Shown here: in pieces, positions 30,171-38,459 of the stretch
Numbering within the stretch: the stretch's first letter is position 1
Layout of the letters: each line of letters begins with the position of its first letter
Source of the DNA: a virus
Taxonomy: Duplodnaviria; Caudoviricetes
Reading direction: 5' to 3' (one strand)
Length of the DNA stretch: 59,381 bases
Virus record (IMG/VR): IMGVR_UViG_3300037603_000091
Coordinates: 1-59,381 of that record
Notes under the pieces: model-generated
Told to the model about the DNA's origin: nothing
The model's database searches: none
What the model saw: only the letters and a program-made list of their open reading frames with translations
Made by a program: the position numbers and the translations under genes

Positions 30171-30743
30171 CTAGTCTTCCTTCTTCTTGCCAGGACGATT
30201 CAGACCGCGCTTGTTGCGCCGTGTGAATGCCTTGTCAATGGTGGCACGAGTGTCAGGTGCGAGATCGCCCAGAGAGTCTCGAAGCTTGGCCTGGTCCTCG
30301 GCGCGCTTGACGCGTGCCGCGTTCTGAGAAGCCAGATAGTCCATGATGGTCTTCTGGTTGTTCTCAGGAGGAGTCACAGTCTCAAGGATCTGAAGAGCCT
30401 CGTCATATTCGAGCTGAGCAATGTCAAAGGCAGTCTGCGCGTCCTTGAGTGGACCGCGAGCCTCTTCCAGTGCTGCCTTCTTCTCTTCGACAAGCAGCTT
30501 TGCCTGCTCGACGTCGCTCTCAAACTCGAGAGGCTCGTCGTCAGAGGGCTGCTCTGGCTTGGTCTCTGACTCAGTGTCAGGATTGGTGCGAGAGAAGTTC
30601 GGAGCTGCGTCGGTGATGTCCTTGCGCTTCAGATCAGCATTGCCAACCAGCTTCGCAACAACGTCAACCTTGGGCGCTCCATCAGCGGTCCAGAGGGCGT
30701 CGTCTTGGGTGTCAAGGCTTGCCAGTGCTTCTTTAATGTCCAA
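30171..30743 (-). CDS. Hypothetical virion-associated protein
   Basis: D.LWTADGAPKV...KRKDITDAAPNFSR; follows capsid gene; TTG start. Confidence 0.7.
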   Translation of the reverse strand: MDIKEALASLDTQDDALWTADGAPKVDVVAKLVGNADLKRKDITDAAPNFSRTNPDTESETKPEQPSDDEPLEFESDVEQAKLLVEEKKAALEEARGPLKDAQTAFDIAQLEYDEALQILETVTPPENNQKTIMDYLASQNAARVKRAEDQAKLRDSLGDLAPDTRATIDKAFTRRNKRGLNRPGKKKED

Positions 30744-30778
30744 GGTCCTAGCTCCTTAGTGAATCAGTTGAGGGTGGG

Positions 30779-30798
30779 AAGGGGGCAGAAGCCCCCTT
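30779..30798 (-). terminator. Hairpin after major capsid gene
   Basis: aagggggc agaa gccccctt stem. Confidence 0.55.
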
Positions 30799-30803
30799 GC
30801 CGA

Positions 30804-31823
30804 TTAGAACTCGCGGGTGACCAGACGGGCAACCTTGATCTGCTTCCGCTCGGGATAGACGCGCTGGAAGGAGGTTGCAGCCTGAAGAACCGCGTTGGTC
30901 GGACCACCAGAGGCAGTCGTCGGGCCAACATAGGCGTGGCCAACCGGGTGGTACATGTACTCGTTGCGGTGCGTGAGGACCTCCTGGCCGCCACCGTTGC
31001 CGCGCAGAGAGAACCGCTCGATCTCAACGGGAACCTTCGGAGCACCGTTGCCCAGGGCAACTGCGCCAGATCCAAAGATCCAGGTGTCAAAGACGCCGCC
31101 AGTGTTCGGCATAGAGTCATCAACGATGACCTCCTTGCCAAGGAAGGTGGCAATCATGACCTCGCCGCGCGCGTCCGGGATGAAGTCGATCAGGTTGTTC
31201 TTCTTCATGCGGTTGTACACGACAGAGTGGACCAGAACACCGCCGAGGTCGTCCTGACTGTCACCCATTGTCTGAGCCGCGTCAAGGAAGACTTCTGCAG
31301 AGAAGTTGGTCATGCCGTCGATGAAGCCTGCGCCGGAGACATCGTTGCTAAGGTCGCCCTGAACGTGCTCGGTGCCAGCCGGAGCTGCGTCGTTGTCAGC
31401 AAACACACCGTTCATTGTCGCAATGAACATCGCCTGACGACGGCCAAGCCAGTACTTCGCAACGCGTGATGCGATGGCGTCCATCGGATCAGGGCCAGCC
31501 AGAGCAGCTGTCAGGTCCATGCTGGACCAGGACTTGTTGCGTGACAGGCGAACGGCGACCTCAGTGGAGGTTCCGATCTTGCTTGGTGTGGACTCAGTTG
31601 TCTCGTCGTCGGTTGAGACGTTGTCATCGTCTTGATCCAGATCCTGGAAAGACGGAACGTTCACGGTCAGGCCACCACCGCCCAGGAATGCATCCAGGAA
31701 TGGTGCGGATGTCACGATGCCGGACTGAATGAGACGGTCCTTGCGCTCCGTGAGCTGTTGAACGTAGGGGAGGAAGACCTCAGGGACGACGATGTCCGCG
31801 ATCTTCGTGATACCTGTGGCCAT
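30804..31823 (-). CDS. Major capsid protein (start MATGIT)
   Basis: IADIVVPEVF, DPMDAIASRVA.YW, VHSVVY, TFLGKEVIVDD, HPVG; AAGGAG RBS. Confidence 0.9.
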   Translation of the reverse strand: MATGITKIADIVVPEVFLPYVQQLTERKDRLIQSGIVTSAPFLDAFLGGGGLTVNVPSFQDLDQDDDNVSTDDETTESTPSKIGTSTEVAVRLSRNKSWSSMDLTAALAGPDPMDAIASRVAKYWLGRRQAMFIATMNGVFADNDAAPAGTEHVQGDLSNDVSGAGFIDGMTNFSAEVFLDAAQTMGDSQDDLGGVLVHSVVYNRMKKNNLIDFIPDARGEVMIATFLGKEVIVDDSMPNTGGVFDTWIFGSGAVALGNGAPKVPVEIERFSLRGNGGGQEVLTHRNEYMYHPVGHAYVGPTTASGGPTNAVLQAATSFQRVYPERKQIKVARLVTREF

Positions 31824-31920
31824 GTGAAACTCCTTGTGGCATGGCGTTGAAGTTTTGATTCGAACATCCAGCGCCATGGCCGGATAAGATTGGGTGATCC
31901 CATGATCACCGTCGATTCGC

Positions 31921-31949
31921 AGAATGCCTCAGGATTATCAAGATGACAA
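31921..31949 (-). promoter_or_regulatory. Putative capsid promoter TTGTCA-N17-CATTCT within a 14-bp imperfect inverted repeat (31927..31957)
   Basis: Spacing and palindrome read directly. Confidence 0.55.
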
Positions 31950-31973
31950 CCCCGAGGATTCAGTGAAGAGGCT

Positions 31974-32789
31974 CTACTTCTCCGCTGGAGCCGTGGCTCC
32001 GACGTAGCTTCCTGCCTGCTTGGCGAGGGCATCAGCCTTCTCGCGGCCCTCCTCGCGGATGACCCGACCCTGCTCGGTCAGGTTCCAGTGAGACTTGGAC
32101 CATGGGTTCTTGGTTCCGCCTGGGCCGCTGGAGCCCGGCTTGCCACCGCCACCCTCGGAAGGTGCCCACCAGTGTGGGCGCTTCTCAGCCATGTCCTTGA
32201 GCCAGACCTCGGCGTCTACGCCGGGTGTGACACCCACGTCGCCCTTGGTGACAACCTTGCCATCGTCGGTGATCTCGAACATGCGGTCCGAGAGCATGAG
32301 AGCGTCGTCGTGGGCGGTCTGGAGCACGTTCTCCTTGACAAGAGCAGCACGCACTGCGTCGTGGATGGTGCGCTGGTTCTTCTCTGCCTTGAGAGCCACG
32401 TTCTCCTCGACAGCCGCGTCCCGCTCCTGCGTGAGGGTTGCGACCTGTCGGTCAAGTGGCCCGGTGGCAGTCTTGAGGCGGGCTGCAACCAGCTCCTCCA
32501 TCTTGCCCTCGTCCAGCTTGCCATCAGCAGCGATCTTGTACTCGGCGATCTTGTCCAGATCGGCGAGCGTCGCAGCTGGGTCGCGGTCGCCCCAGAGTGC
32601 CAGCTTGTCCTTGGTGGCGCGGTGCTCATCCCGCTCCTTTGCGGCAGCAGCGGTCAGGCGGTCGATGTCGCCCTGTGTCTTGATGCCTGTGATTCCGGTG
32701 AGCTCGAACTTGCCATTGCGCTCTGTGTACAGCTTGGCGACGTTCTCGTCGACTCCGTCGAGGGAGTCCATAACAGCCTGAAGACTCAT
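31974..32789 (-). CDS. Capsid scaffolding protein
   Basis: Coiled coil, KNPWSK.HWNLTEQG C-terminus, upstream of capsid. Confidence 0.8.
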   Translation of the reverse strand: MSLQAVMDSLDGVDENVAKLYTERNGKFELTGITGIKTQGDIDRLTAAAAKERDEHRATKDKLALWGDRDPAATLADLDKIAEYKIAADGKLDEGKMEELVAARLKTATGPLDRQVATLTQERDAAVEENVALKAEKNQRTIHDAVRAALVKENVLQTAHDDALMLSDRMFEITDDGKVVTKGDVGVTPGVDAEVWLKDMAEKRPHWWAPSEGGGGKPGSSGPGGTKNPWSKSHWNLTEQGRVIREEGREKADALAKQAGSYVGATAPAEK

Positions 32790-32832
32790 GTCTCAGATCC
32801 TTTCAATTGTCCGCACCACATGGTGCTGGCTC

Positions 32833-32861
32833 GTGATATCAACATTTCTTCGACTTGTAAA
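32833..32861 (-). promoter_or_regulatory. Putative leftward promoter TTTACA-N17-TATCAC for scaffold/capsid
   Basis: -35 overlaps the first half of the CtrA-like box. Confidence 0.5.
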
Positions 32862-32909
32862 CCTTTTCTTAACTTTTGCGAAGTAGAGTGATTCTCATAG
32901 AAACGGAGA
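32858..32909 (+). promoter_or_regulatory. Island promoter 1: TAAA-N7-TTAA-N11-TAGAGT...CATAGAAACGGAGA (CtrA-like)
   Basis: Same geometry as copies at 34290 and 39956. Confidence 0.7.
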
Positions 32910-32915
32910 ACAGCA

Positions 32916-33119
32916 ATGGAACTCAACAAGCAGCACACTCGCTTCTACAAGAGCAAGGCAAACCTCGAGGCAGGCTTAGCGCGCTTCGACTTTGATCGCT
33001 TTCGACCCCTGATGGTCGAGACGGTCGACGGATGGACTGCCATCTTCAATGGCGTGAGTGTTCACAATGCTGGCGGCCAGCCCATCTGGATGGCTCAGCG
33101 TGGCTTCACAACGATCTAG
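32916..33119 (+). CDS. Hypothetical protein (island 1)
   Basis: GGAG RBS after island promoter. Confidence 0.75.
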   Translation: MELNKQHTRFYKSKANLEAGLARFDFDRFRPLMVETVDGWTAIFNGVSVHNAGGQPIWMAQRGFTTI

Positions 33120-33128
33120 GAGGAAGAC

Positions 33129-33818
33129 ATGACAGAGAAGTTCAAGCGCACGAGCATCGAGAGCTATCACAACAACTGCACCCTGGTCGCTGTCAAGCTG
33201 ATGGCCCAGGGGAGGCACACCGACGAGGAGATCCTGACAGCGTTCCGTGCCAACGGATACAAGGACGACGATGGGATGAGCCACTACAAGTGGACGAAGG
33301 CAGCTGCCGATCTCGGGTTCGAGCTGGAGACCGTCAAGATCCCTCGTCCGAAGGGCAGCAAGTACATCACCTATGACAACGACTATGCCTGGTGGGGCGA
33401 GGTGACTCGCCGCGTTGACCACGGCAAGTACACGCTGGCACAGTTCATCAAGGACAATCCCCAGGGAGACTTCTTCATCTCTGTCGTGGGCCATGCCCTT
33501 TGCGTCCGGGACGGTCGTGTGATGGACCCGAACTGCCGCAGCAGCTCCCTGAGTCGTCGAGTGACAGGCGCCAAGCGCGTTCTGAACGCTCCGGCACGTC
33601 TCGCCGACGGTCGCCGCCTGGAGATCCTCGTGCTGAAGGGGAAGTGGGACTCAGCGGCACGTGCTCGCCGCGCGGCAGCCTGGCAGTGGTGCGAGAACTA
33701 CAAGGCCACGCACGGTGGTCAGGCACCGCTCCTGGAGGACGTGCTGGAGAACACCCCGCTGACCAAGGCCGATGTCAACTGGGACCTGAAGCGCGGTCGC
33801 ATGGAGCTGGTGAACTGA
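33129..33818 (+). CDS. Papain-like (C39-like) fold protein with C-terminal AD..WD..RG domain
   Basis: NNCTLVA, GHALCVRDG..MD give a Cys-His-Asp set; C-terminus resembles 57192..57611. Confidence 0.6.
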   Translation: MTEKFKRTSIESYHNNCTLVAVKLMAQGRHTDEEILTAFRANGYKDDDGMSHYKWTKAAADLGFELETVKIPRPKGSKYITYDNDYAWWGEVTRRVDHGKYTLAQFIKDNPQGDFFISVVGHALCVRDGRVMDPNCRSSSLSRRVTGAKRVLNAPARLADGRRLEILVLKGKWDSAARARRAAAWQWCENYKATHGGQAPLLEDVLENTPLTKADVNWDLKRGRMELVN

Positions 33819-34048
33819 TGGCTGGGAAAGACGAGAGAGCGTATCGCAAGGCACTCATCAAGCTCCTGGAAGAGGAGGGCGTTGAGAGCTGGGTGGAGGG
33901 GCGAGGGTCCAAGCATCCGTACATAGAGTTCATGGTGAACGGCAGACGGATCAGACAGTCCTACGGGACATCGCCCAGTGACAGCCGTGGTCTGAAGAAC
34001 TTCAGGTCGCAGGCTCGCCGCAACATCAACATGGCAAGGGAGGACTAG
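33818..34048 (+). CDS. HicA-like protein, 76 aa
   Basis: GRGSKHP...YGTSPSDSRGLKNFRSQARR; TGATG-coupled. Confidence 0.6.
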   Translation: MAGKDERAYRKALIKLLEEEGVESWVEGRGSKHPYIEFMVNGRRIRQSYGTSPSDSRGLKNFRSQARRNINMARED

Positions 34049-34257
34049 ATGGTGCCTCGGAGGTCGACTGGCTTGGGCGCGCAGTGGCCTGTCACGAAGA
34101 GGTGCTTGGGCACGGACTTGGCCCACTCCTTGACATCCTCGAACACAGCGGCCTTGCAGTCCTCGATTGTCTCATGGTAGGCAACCCGCTGACCAACTGG
34201 CTTGCAGGAGGCAACGTCGGGGCTGGTGCAGAGTAGAAGAGTCATGATGAAGTCCAT
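34045..34257 (-). CDS. Small Cys-containing hypothetical protein, probably leaderless mRNA
   Basis: ATG 7 nt after a putative -10 AATACT; no RBS; four Cys. Confidence 0.6.
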   Translation of the reverse strand: MDFIMTLLLCTSPDVASCKPVGQRVAYHETIEDCKAAVFEDVKEWAKSVPKHLFVTGHCAPKPVDLRGTI

Positions 34258-34289
34258 GTCAGAAAGTATTTCGGAAAATCTTCGATCTG

Positions 34290-34340
34290 TAAACCTTCTA
34301 TTTACACATTTGACGTAGACTGATCACATAGAAACGGAGA
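34290..34340 (+). promoter_or_regulatory. Island promoter 2: TAAA-N7-TTTA-N11-TAGACT...CATAGAAACGGAGA (degenerate CtrA-like)
   Basis: Same geometry as other two; overlaps -35 of leftward TTTACA-N17-AATACT (34265..34293). Confidence 0.65.
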
Positions 34341-34346
34341 CCAGCA

Positions 34347-34460
34347 ATGGACCACAAGCAGAGAGCCCTGAGCAGCCTGATACAGTTCGGACTGACTGGC
34401 GCACTTGGCGCGCTGGCCTTCGCACAGATCATCAACGCAATAGCAGGAGCAATACAATGA
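34347..34460 (+). CDS. 37-aa hydrophobic micropeptide MDHKQRALSSLIQFGLTGALGALAFAQIINAIAGAIQ
   Basis: First ORF after island promoter 2, GGAG RBS, ATGA-coupled to next gene. Confidence 0.75.
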   Translation: MDHKQRALSSLIQFGLTGALGALAFAQIINAIAGAIQ

Positions 34461-34642
34461 GCAAGATCTGGTGGATAGTCGTGAACGGCGAGCGGTTCGA
34501 GGGCATCTCTGCCCGAGCGCTGGCCCGTGTCACCCGCCTTGCATTCCGACACGATCTGGAGTGCACATACGGAATCGCTGGCGTGGCATCCTTCACCCAG
34601 CCAACCTTCAGCGAGATGATGGACAGGCTCGCTGCTGCATAG
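34457..34642 (+). CDS. Hypothetical protein (island 2)
   Basis: AGGAG RBS. Confidence 0.7.
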   Translation: MSKIWWIVVNGERFEGISARALARVTRLAFRHDLECTYGIAGVASFTQPTFSEMMDRLAAA

Positions 34643-34669
34643 AATCTAACCCAGAAAAGGAGACACATC

Positions 34670-35419
34670 ATGGGAACAGACATACACACGGCCCTCGAGG
34701 TCAAGATCGGTGGGGCGTGGACCTGCCTCACAACCATAGAGCCGTACGATGATGACGACTCATGGCTGAGTCCGAAGGACAGCATCGCGGACGACCGCAA
34801 CTATGGCTTCTTCGCTGCCATGGCCGATGTCCGGAACGGCTTCGGATTCGCAGGATGCGACACGGGCGACGCGATCACTCCGATTGCCATGCCACGTGGC
34901 ATCCCGGAGGATCTCTCACCGGAGGTTCAGGCATGGTACAATCAGGGCATAGAGCACACCCCGAGCTGGCACACTCTTGCCGACATCCTTGCGTATGACT
35001 GGACACAGCCCAGAACACAGCGCGGCTGGGTGACTCACAGAGAGTGGGCTCGCTACGCATGCGCCGGACAGCCTGACGCATGGTCGGGCGACATCTCTGG
35101 TGGCATGATTGTGCATGTCCCACCCTCCGCCTTTGCCCTCCGCTGGGCAGAGGCCAAGCGCCACTTCAATCTTCCCGAGCAGCGCTGGGCACAGTCTCAC
35201 CTGTGGCATCCTCGTGGTGAGGACGACGAGGCACTTGAGAAGTGGTTCCTTGAGAAGTGGGACGGCAAGCGCCCGTACACACAGGTCCAGTGGACCAGGC
35301 CGCTGTACGACAGCATGGGGCACCAGATGGGAGAGCTCATGGCAGAGATGCTGGCCGTGTCCATCAAGCACGGTGTACCACACGAGGACGTGCGAATCGT
35401 CTTCTACTTCGACAGCTAG
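34670..35419 (+). CDS. Conserved phage hypothetical protein (island 2)
   Basis: MGTDIH, RNYGFFA.MADVRN, PRGIPEDLS, HTPSW.TL, RIVFYFDS. Confidence 0.8.
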   Translation: MGTDIHTALEVKIGGAWTCLTTIEPYDDDDSWLSPKDSIADDRNYGFFAAMADVRNGFGFAGCDTGDAITPIAMPRGIPEDLSPEVQAWYNQGIEHTPSWHTLADILAYDWTQPRTQRGWVTHREWARYACAGQPDAWSGDISGGMIVHVPPSAFALRWAEAKRHFNLPEQRWAQSHLWHPRGEDDEALEKWFLEKWDGKRPYTQVQWTRPLYDSMGHQMGELMAEMLAVSIKHGVPHEDVRIVFYFDS

Positions 35420-36639
35420 AGGAAGTCCTCAGGATTGAGTCCGGCGCGGGTGAAGGCATCCGCGTCGGCACGGGCCAACTGGGCCAGTGTGAGCTCGTCG
35501 CCGCTTCTGTTCACGAACTTGCGGAGTGGCAGGTCACCATCCCGGAACAGCTTGCCCCTCGTGGGCCCGAGGACATCGTCCTGGAACTCTGCTGACTGGC
35601 GCCCCAGCCAGTCCTGATAGGTGATCTTGGCGTCCACCTGTCCCGTCATTCCTCTGATGCGAGTCCTTGAGAAGTCGTCGAAGGCTCCCTTGTGTCCTCG
35701 TGGAAGGTCAGCGCGGGATGTGACGGAGGCTAGGCCATTCTCTCGAGTGTACTGACGCAGGAGCTGACGGGTGGTGACTGGCTTGGCAGGTCTGCGACCG
35801 AGCACCTCCCCACGGATGATGGGAACTCTAAGGGATCTGCAGTTGAAGTGCAGCGGCGGGATCGGTCCCTTGCCCACTGGGTGCATAGTTCCGTCCAGTG
35901 AGGAGCAGACACGCGTCGTTCTCTCGTCCAGTGTGGCAACGTACATCTCCTCTTCGAACAGGTCGGCATTGGCCGTGTAGAACTCTCGCTTGGCAGCGTT
36001 GGAGATCGCATTGACAGCGGTCCTGGTGATCGCTGCAGCGCCGTTCCGTGTGATCTGGGTCGCTCCGTCTCGGCCACGGCCCAGGGTGGTGCCGTTGATC
36101 CTGGAGGCGATTTGTCGAGGCGTCTCGCCCTGAACGATGCCCATCTTGATCTGCTGATCGATGCGAGCAAGGTCGGCACGGCGGATGTCCCTTGCCCATT
36201 CCCGCATGGTGCGTCCCTCAAAGGGGAATGTTGTCACGATGGCACGGAGCTGGCTCGCTGAGGGAAGGACCATGTCCAGCTCGACAGGCGCGATGGATGC
36301 CACGGCGGCTGCCACGAAGGCGGGCTCCGCCTTGGCCAGTGCGAACATCTCCTCCATCCAGACGTCGATTGCCCGGTCCCACGCGCCGCCTCTGATTGAT
36401 CTGATCTGCTTCAGCAGAAGCTTCTGGCGCTGAGCAGTTATGGTGCCACGAGAGAGGCGGTCCTCGATCTCAAGGCGCATGTCGCGCTCCACCTCGTCCA
36501 GGATCTTCAGCACGCGGTTGCGAACCGAGCCGGACAGGCGCAGAAGACCGATCTGATGCCGAATCAGAGCGTCGAACAGCGCCTCGTTGACGTTGTCAGG
36601 CAGCTCGCCGCCGAACTGGGTGCCTGGGTTGATGGTCAT
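35416..36639 (-). CDS. Head morphogenesis protein (SPP1 gp7/Mu gpF-like), start MTINPG
   Basis: ITRTA, ATLDERTT.VCSSLDG, PPLHFNCRS. Confidence 0.88.
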   Translation of the reverse strand: MTINPGTQFGGELPDNVNEALFDALIRHQIGLLRLSGSVRNRVLKILDEVERDMRLEIEDRLSRGTITAQRQKLLLKQIRSIRGGAWDRAIDVWMEEMFALAKAEPAFVAAAVASIAPVELDMVLPSASQLRAIVTTFPFEGRTMREWARDIRRADLARIDQQIKMGIVQGETPRQIASRINGTTLGRGRDGATQITRNGAAAITRTAVNAISNAAKREFYTANADLFEEEMYVATLDERTTRVCSSLDGTMHPVGKGPIPPLHFNCRSLRVPIIRGEVLGRRPAKPVTTRQLLRQYTRENGLASVTSRADLPRGHKGAFDDFSRTRIRGMTGQVDAKITYQDWLGRQSAEFQDDVLGPTRGKLFRDGDLPLRKFVNRSGDELTLAQLARADADAFTRAGLNPEDFL

Positions 36640-37004
36640 GAGGCAGGGTCCGTGTGGAAGTCGTCTTCTCGATTGAGAAGCATGTCGGTCTGAAGGCACT
36701 TGGCAAGCCACATGGTGGACTTGAGGTCTGGCAGGGAGCAGATGTACTCGCGATACGAGCCATTCTTGTCAGCCAGAATGACGACCATGTGCTGGATGTC
36801 AGGATCCTGCTCGAGGCGTCCGACAAGTGTGAACAGGCACTCCTCGACCGAGTTGTCATAGCTGTCCTGCTCGAGAGGGGTCACCTCCGCTGGGAGGTCG
36901 TCCCAGGGCTGTCGGTCTCGATCAGGCGTCCTCTTCTGGATCACGCTCAGGATCTTCGACAGGATCGCCCGTCCCAGTCGGGGTTCTTGCGATGGCATCC
37001 TCAA
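36636..37004 (-). CDS. Hypothetical protein; start uncertain, probably shorter
   Basis: Fills portal-to-gp7 gap, ATGA-coupled to next gene. Confidence 0.5.
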   Translation of the reverse strand: MRMPSQEPRLGRAILSKILSVIQKRTPDRDRQPWDDLPAEVTPLEQDSYDNSVEECLFTLVGRLEQDPDIQHMVVILADKNGSYREYICSLPDLKSTMWLAKCLQTDMLLNREDDFHTDPAS

Positions 37005-38406
37005 TCTCCTCGATGATCAGCTCTGTCTCTTCCTCAAAGGTCAGACCAGTGAAGTCCCGCTTGCGGAGGTTCTCGTGGATCGTCTGAAGCGAGATTGGCA
37101 GACCAAGGTTCTTCGCCTGCATATACTTTACCAGGAGGTCCCCGGTAAGTGGGTCGTCCGCGAACTCCAGATTGGGCTCCACAGTCACGTCATTCGGATT
37201 GAGACCCATCCACTCTGCCGCGTGGCGCAGGGACTGCTGCAGTCCTGCTGCTCCAGCAATGGCCACCTGTGTCAGGGTCGCCGTCTGAGCTGAGATGCGC
37301 ATCTTGAGAGCCTCTCCCGACTCGCGCTCGGAGCCAGAGCCTGTCGCAAGGATCTGCGCACCCTTGTCGGCCGCCATCTTGCGATCGTTCATGAGAGCCT
37401 GACGCTGCTCGGGCAGGCCCGTGCTGGACACCCCGACGAACTTGGCATCACCACCCTGCGGCACGTGGATCACACGATTGGCCCCGGTGCCGATGTCGTC
37501 ATCGTCCTCTCCTGCACCAATGATCACAAGAGTGTCCTGTGCCTGCATGAAGAGGTTCTGTCGATAGTCTGCCTCGCCGCGATACACGGTCAGGGCAAGC
37601 TCCGCGAGCCCAAGAAGGGGCGGCTCCTCGGGCTCTGCCACGAGGTCCTTGGAGTTGACGAATGTCCATGGGATGAAGTCGATGGTGCGTCCGCGAAGGG
37701 AGGGCACGAGCTGCTTGCTCTCGGTGAAGGAGGTTCCCTCGTCCTCTCGATAGACGCCGACGGAGTAGGCACCGCTGGCCTCGTTGGCCAGTGTCTCACC
37801 GAGGATCAGAACGCGGGTCTTCTCGCGGAACTCCCACTCGAAGTCCTGGTCGCGCTCGAACTCTGACTCGTCAAGAGCCAGGAAGTTCAGAATCTGTGTC
37901 TCGAGGCCGTCGCGACGGCCCACGTCCCAGTTCAGGATGGACGGTGCGTTGTACATGGCGATGTACGGGACGATGTCGCCCAGGCCAGCGTTCTCAGGGA
38001 AGTCGACGAGCAGGCCGCAGCGGCCAGGAACGAGCTGCTGCTCCGTGATGCGCTGCAGAAGCAGCTGAAGAGGCTCGCCACGAGGGGTTGCTCGCTCGAG
38101 GATCGGTTCCATTCGAGTTGGCACCTCCACGACCGCAGGCTTGCGGTGCATGACGCCGAGTGCGGCCTCGACCGCGTCATTCACGAAGTCTGGGAAGTGT
38201 GCGCGCTTCTTGTAGGCATCGTACGCCAGATATCCTGCAGACTTGGTGTCTCCGGACTTCAGGCCGTCCTCCAGCATGCCAGACGTGGCAGGGAGGTAGG
38301 TCTGTCCCTTCGCCTTCACGGCGCGGGAGCCACGATACGTGTCGAGCATCAGCTGCCAGTCAGGGATGAACTGCGTGTATTGCGGGTGCTTGCTGTCAAC
38401 TGCCAT
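36922..38406 (-). CDS. Portal protein (DUF4055-like)
   Basis: KHPQY...W, YLP, AYKKRA.F, GRCGLLVD, PPLL.LA, ESGEAL. Confidence 0.9.
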   Translation of the reverse strand: MAVDSKHPQYTQFIPDWQLMLDTYRGSRAVKAKGQTYLPATSGMLEDGLKSGDTKSAGYLAYDAYKKRAHFPDFVNDAVEAALGVMHRKPAVVEVPTRMEPILERATPRGEPLQLLLQRITEQQLVPGRCGLLVDFPENAGLGDIVPYIAMYNAPSILNWDVGRRDGLETQILNFLALDESEFERDQDFEWEFREKTRVLILGETLANEASGAYSVGVYREDEGTSFTESKQLVPSLRGRTIDFIPWTFVNSKDLVAEPEEPPLLGLAELALTVYRGEADYRQNLFMQAQDTLVIIGAGEDDDDIGTGANRVIHVPQGGDAKFVGVSSTGLPEQRQALMNDRKMAADKGAQILATGSGSERESGEALKMRISAQTATLTQVAIAGAAGLQQSLRHAAEWMGLNPNDVTVEPNLEFADDPLTGDLLVKYMQAKNLGLPISLQTIHENLRKRDFTGLTFEEETELIIEEIEDAIARTPTGTGDPVEDPERDPEEDA

Positions 38407-38459
38407 GGAGGTTCCTCAGGGATCTGCGGTCGGAAGATAGTCGTGAAATCAGCACGGCG

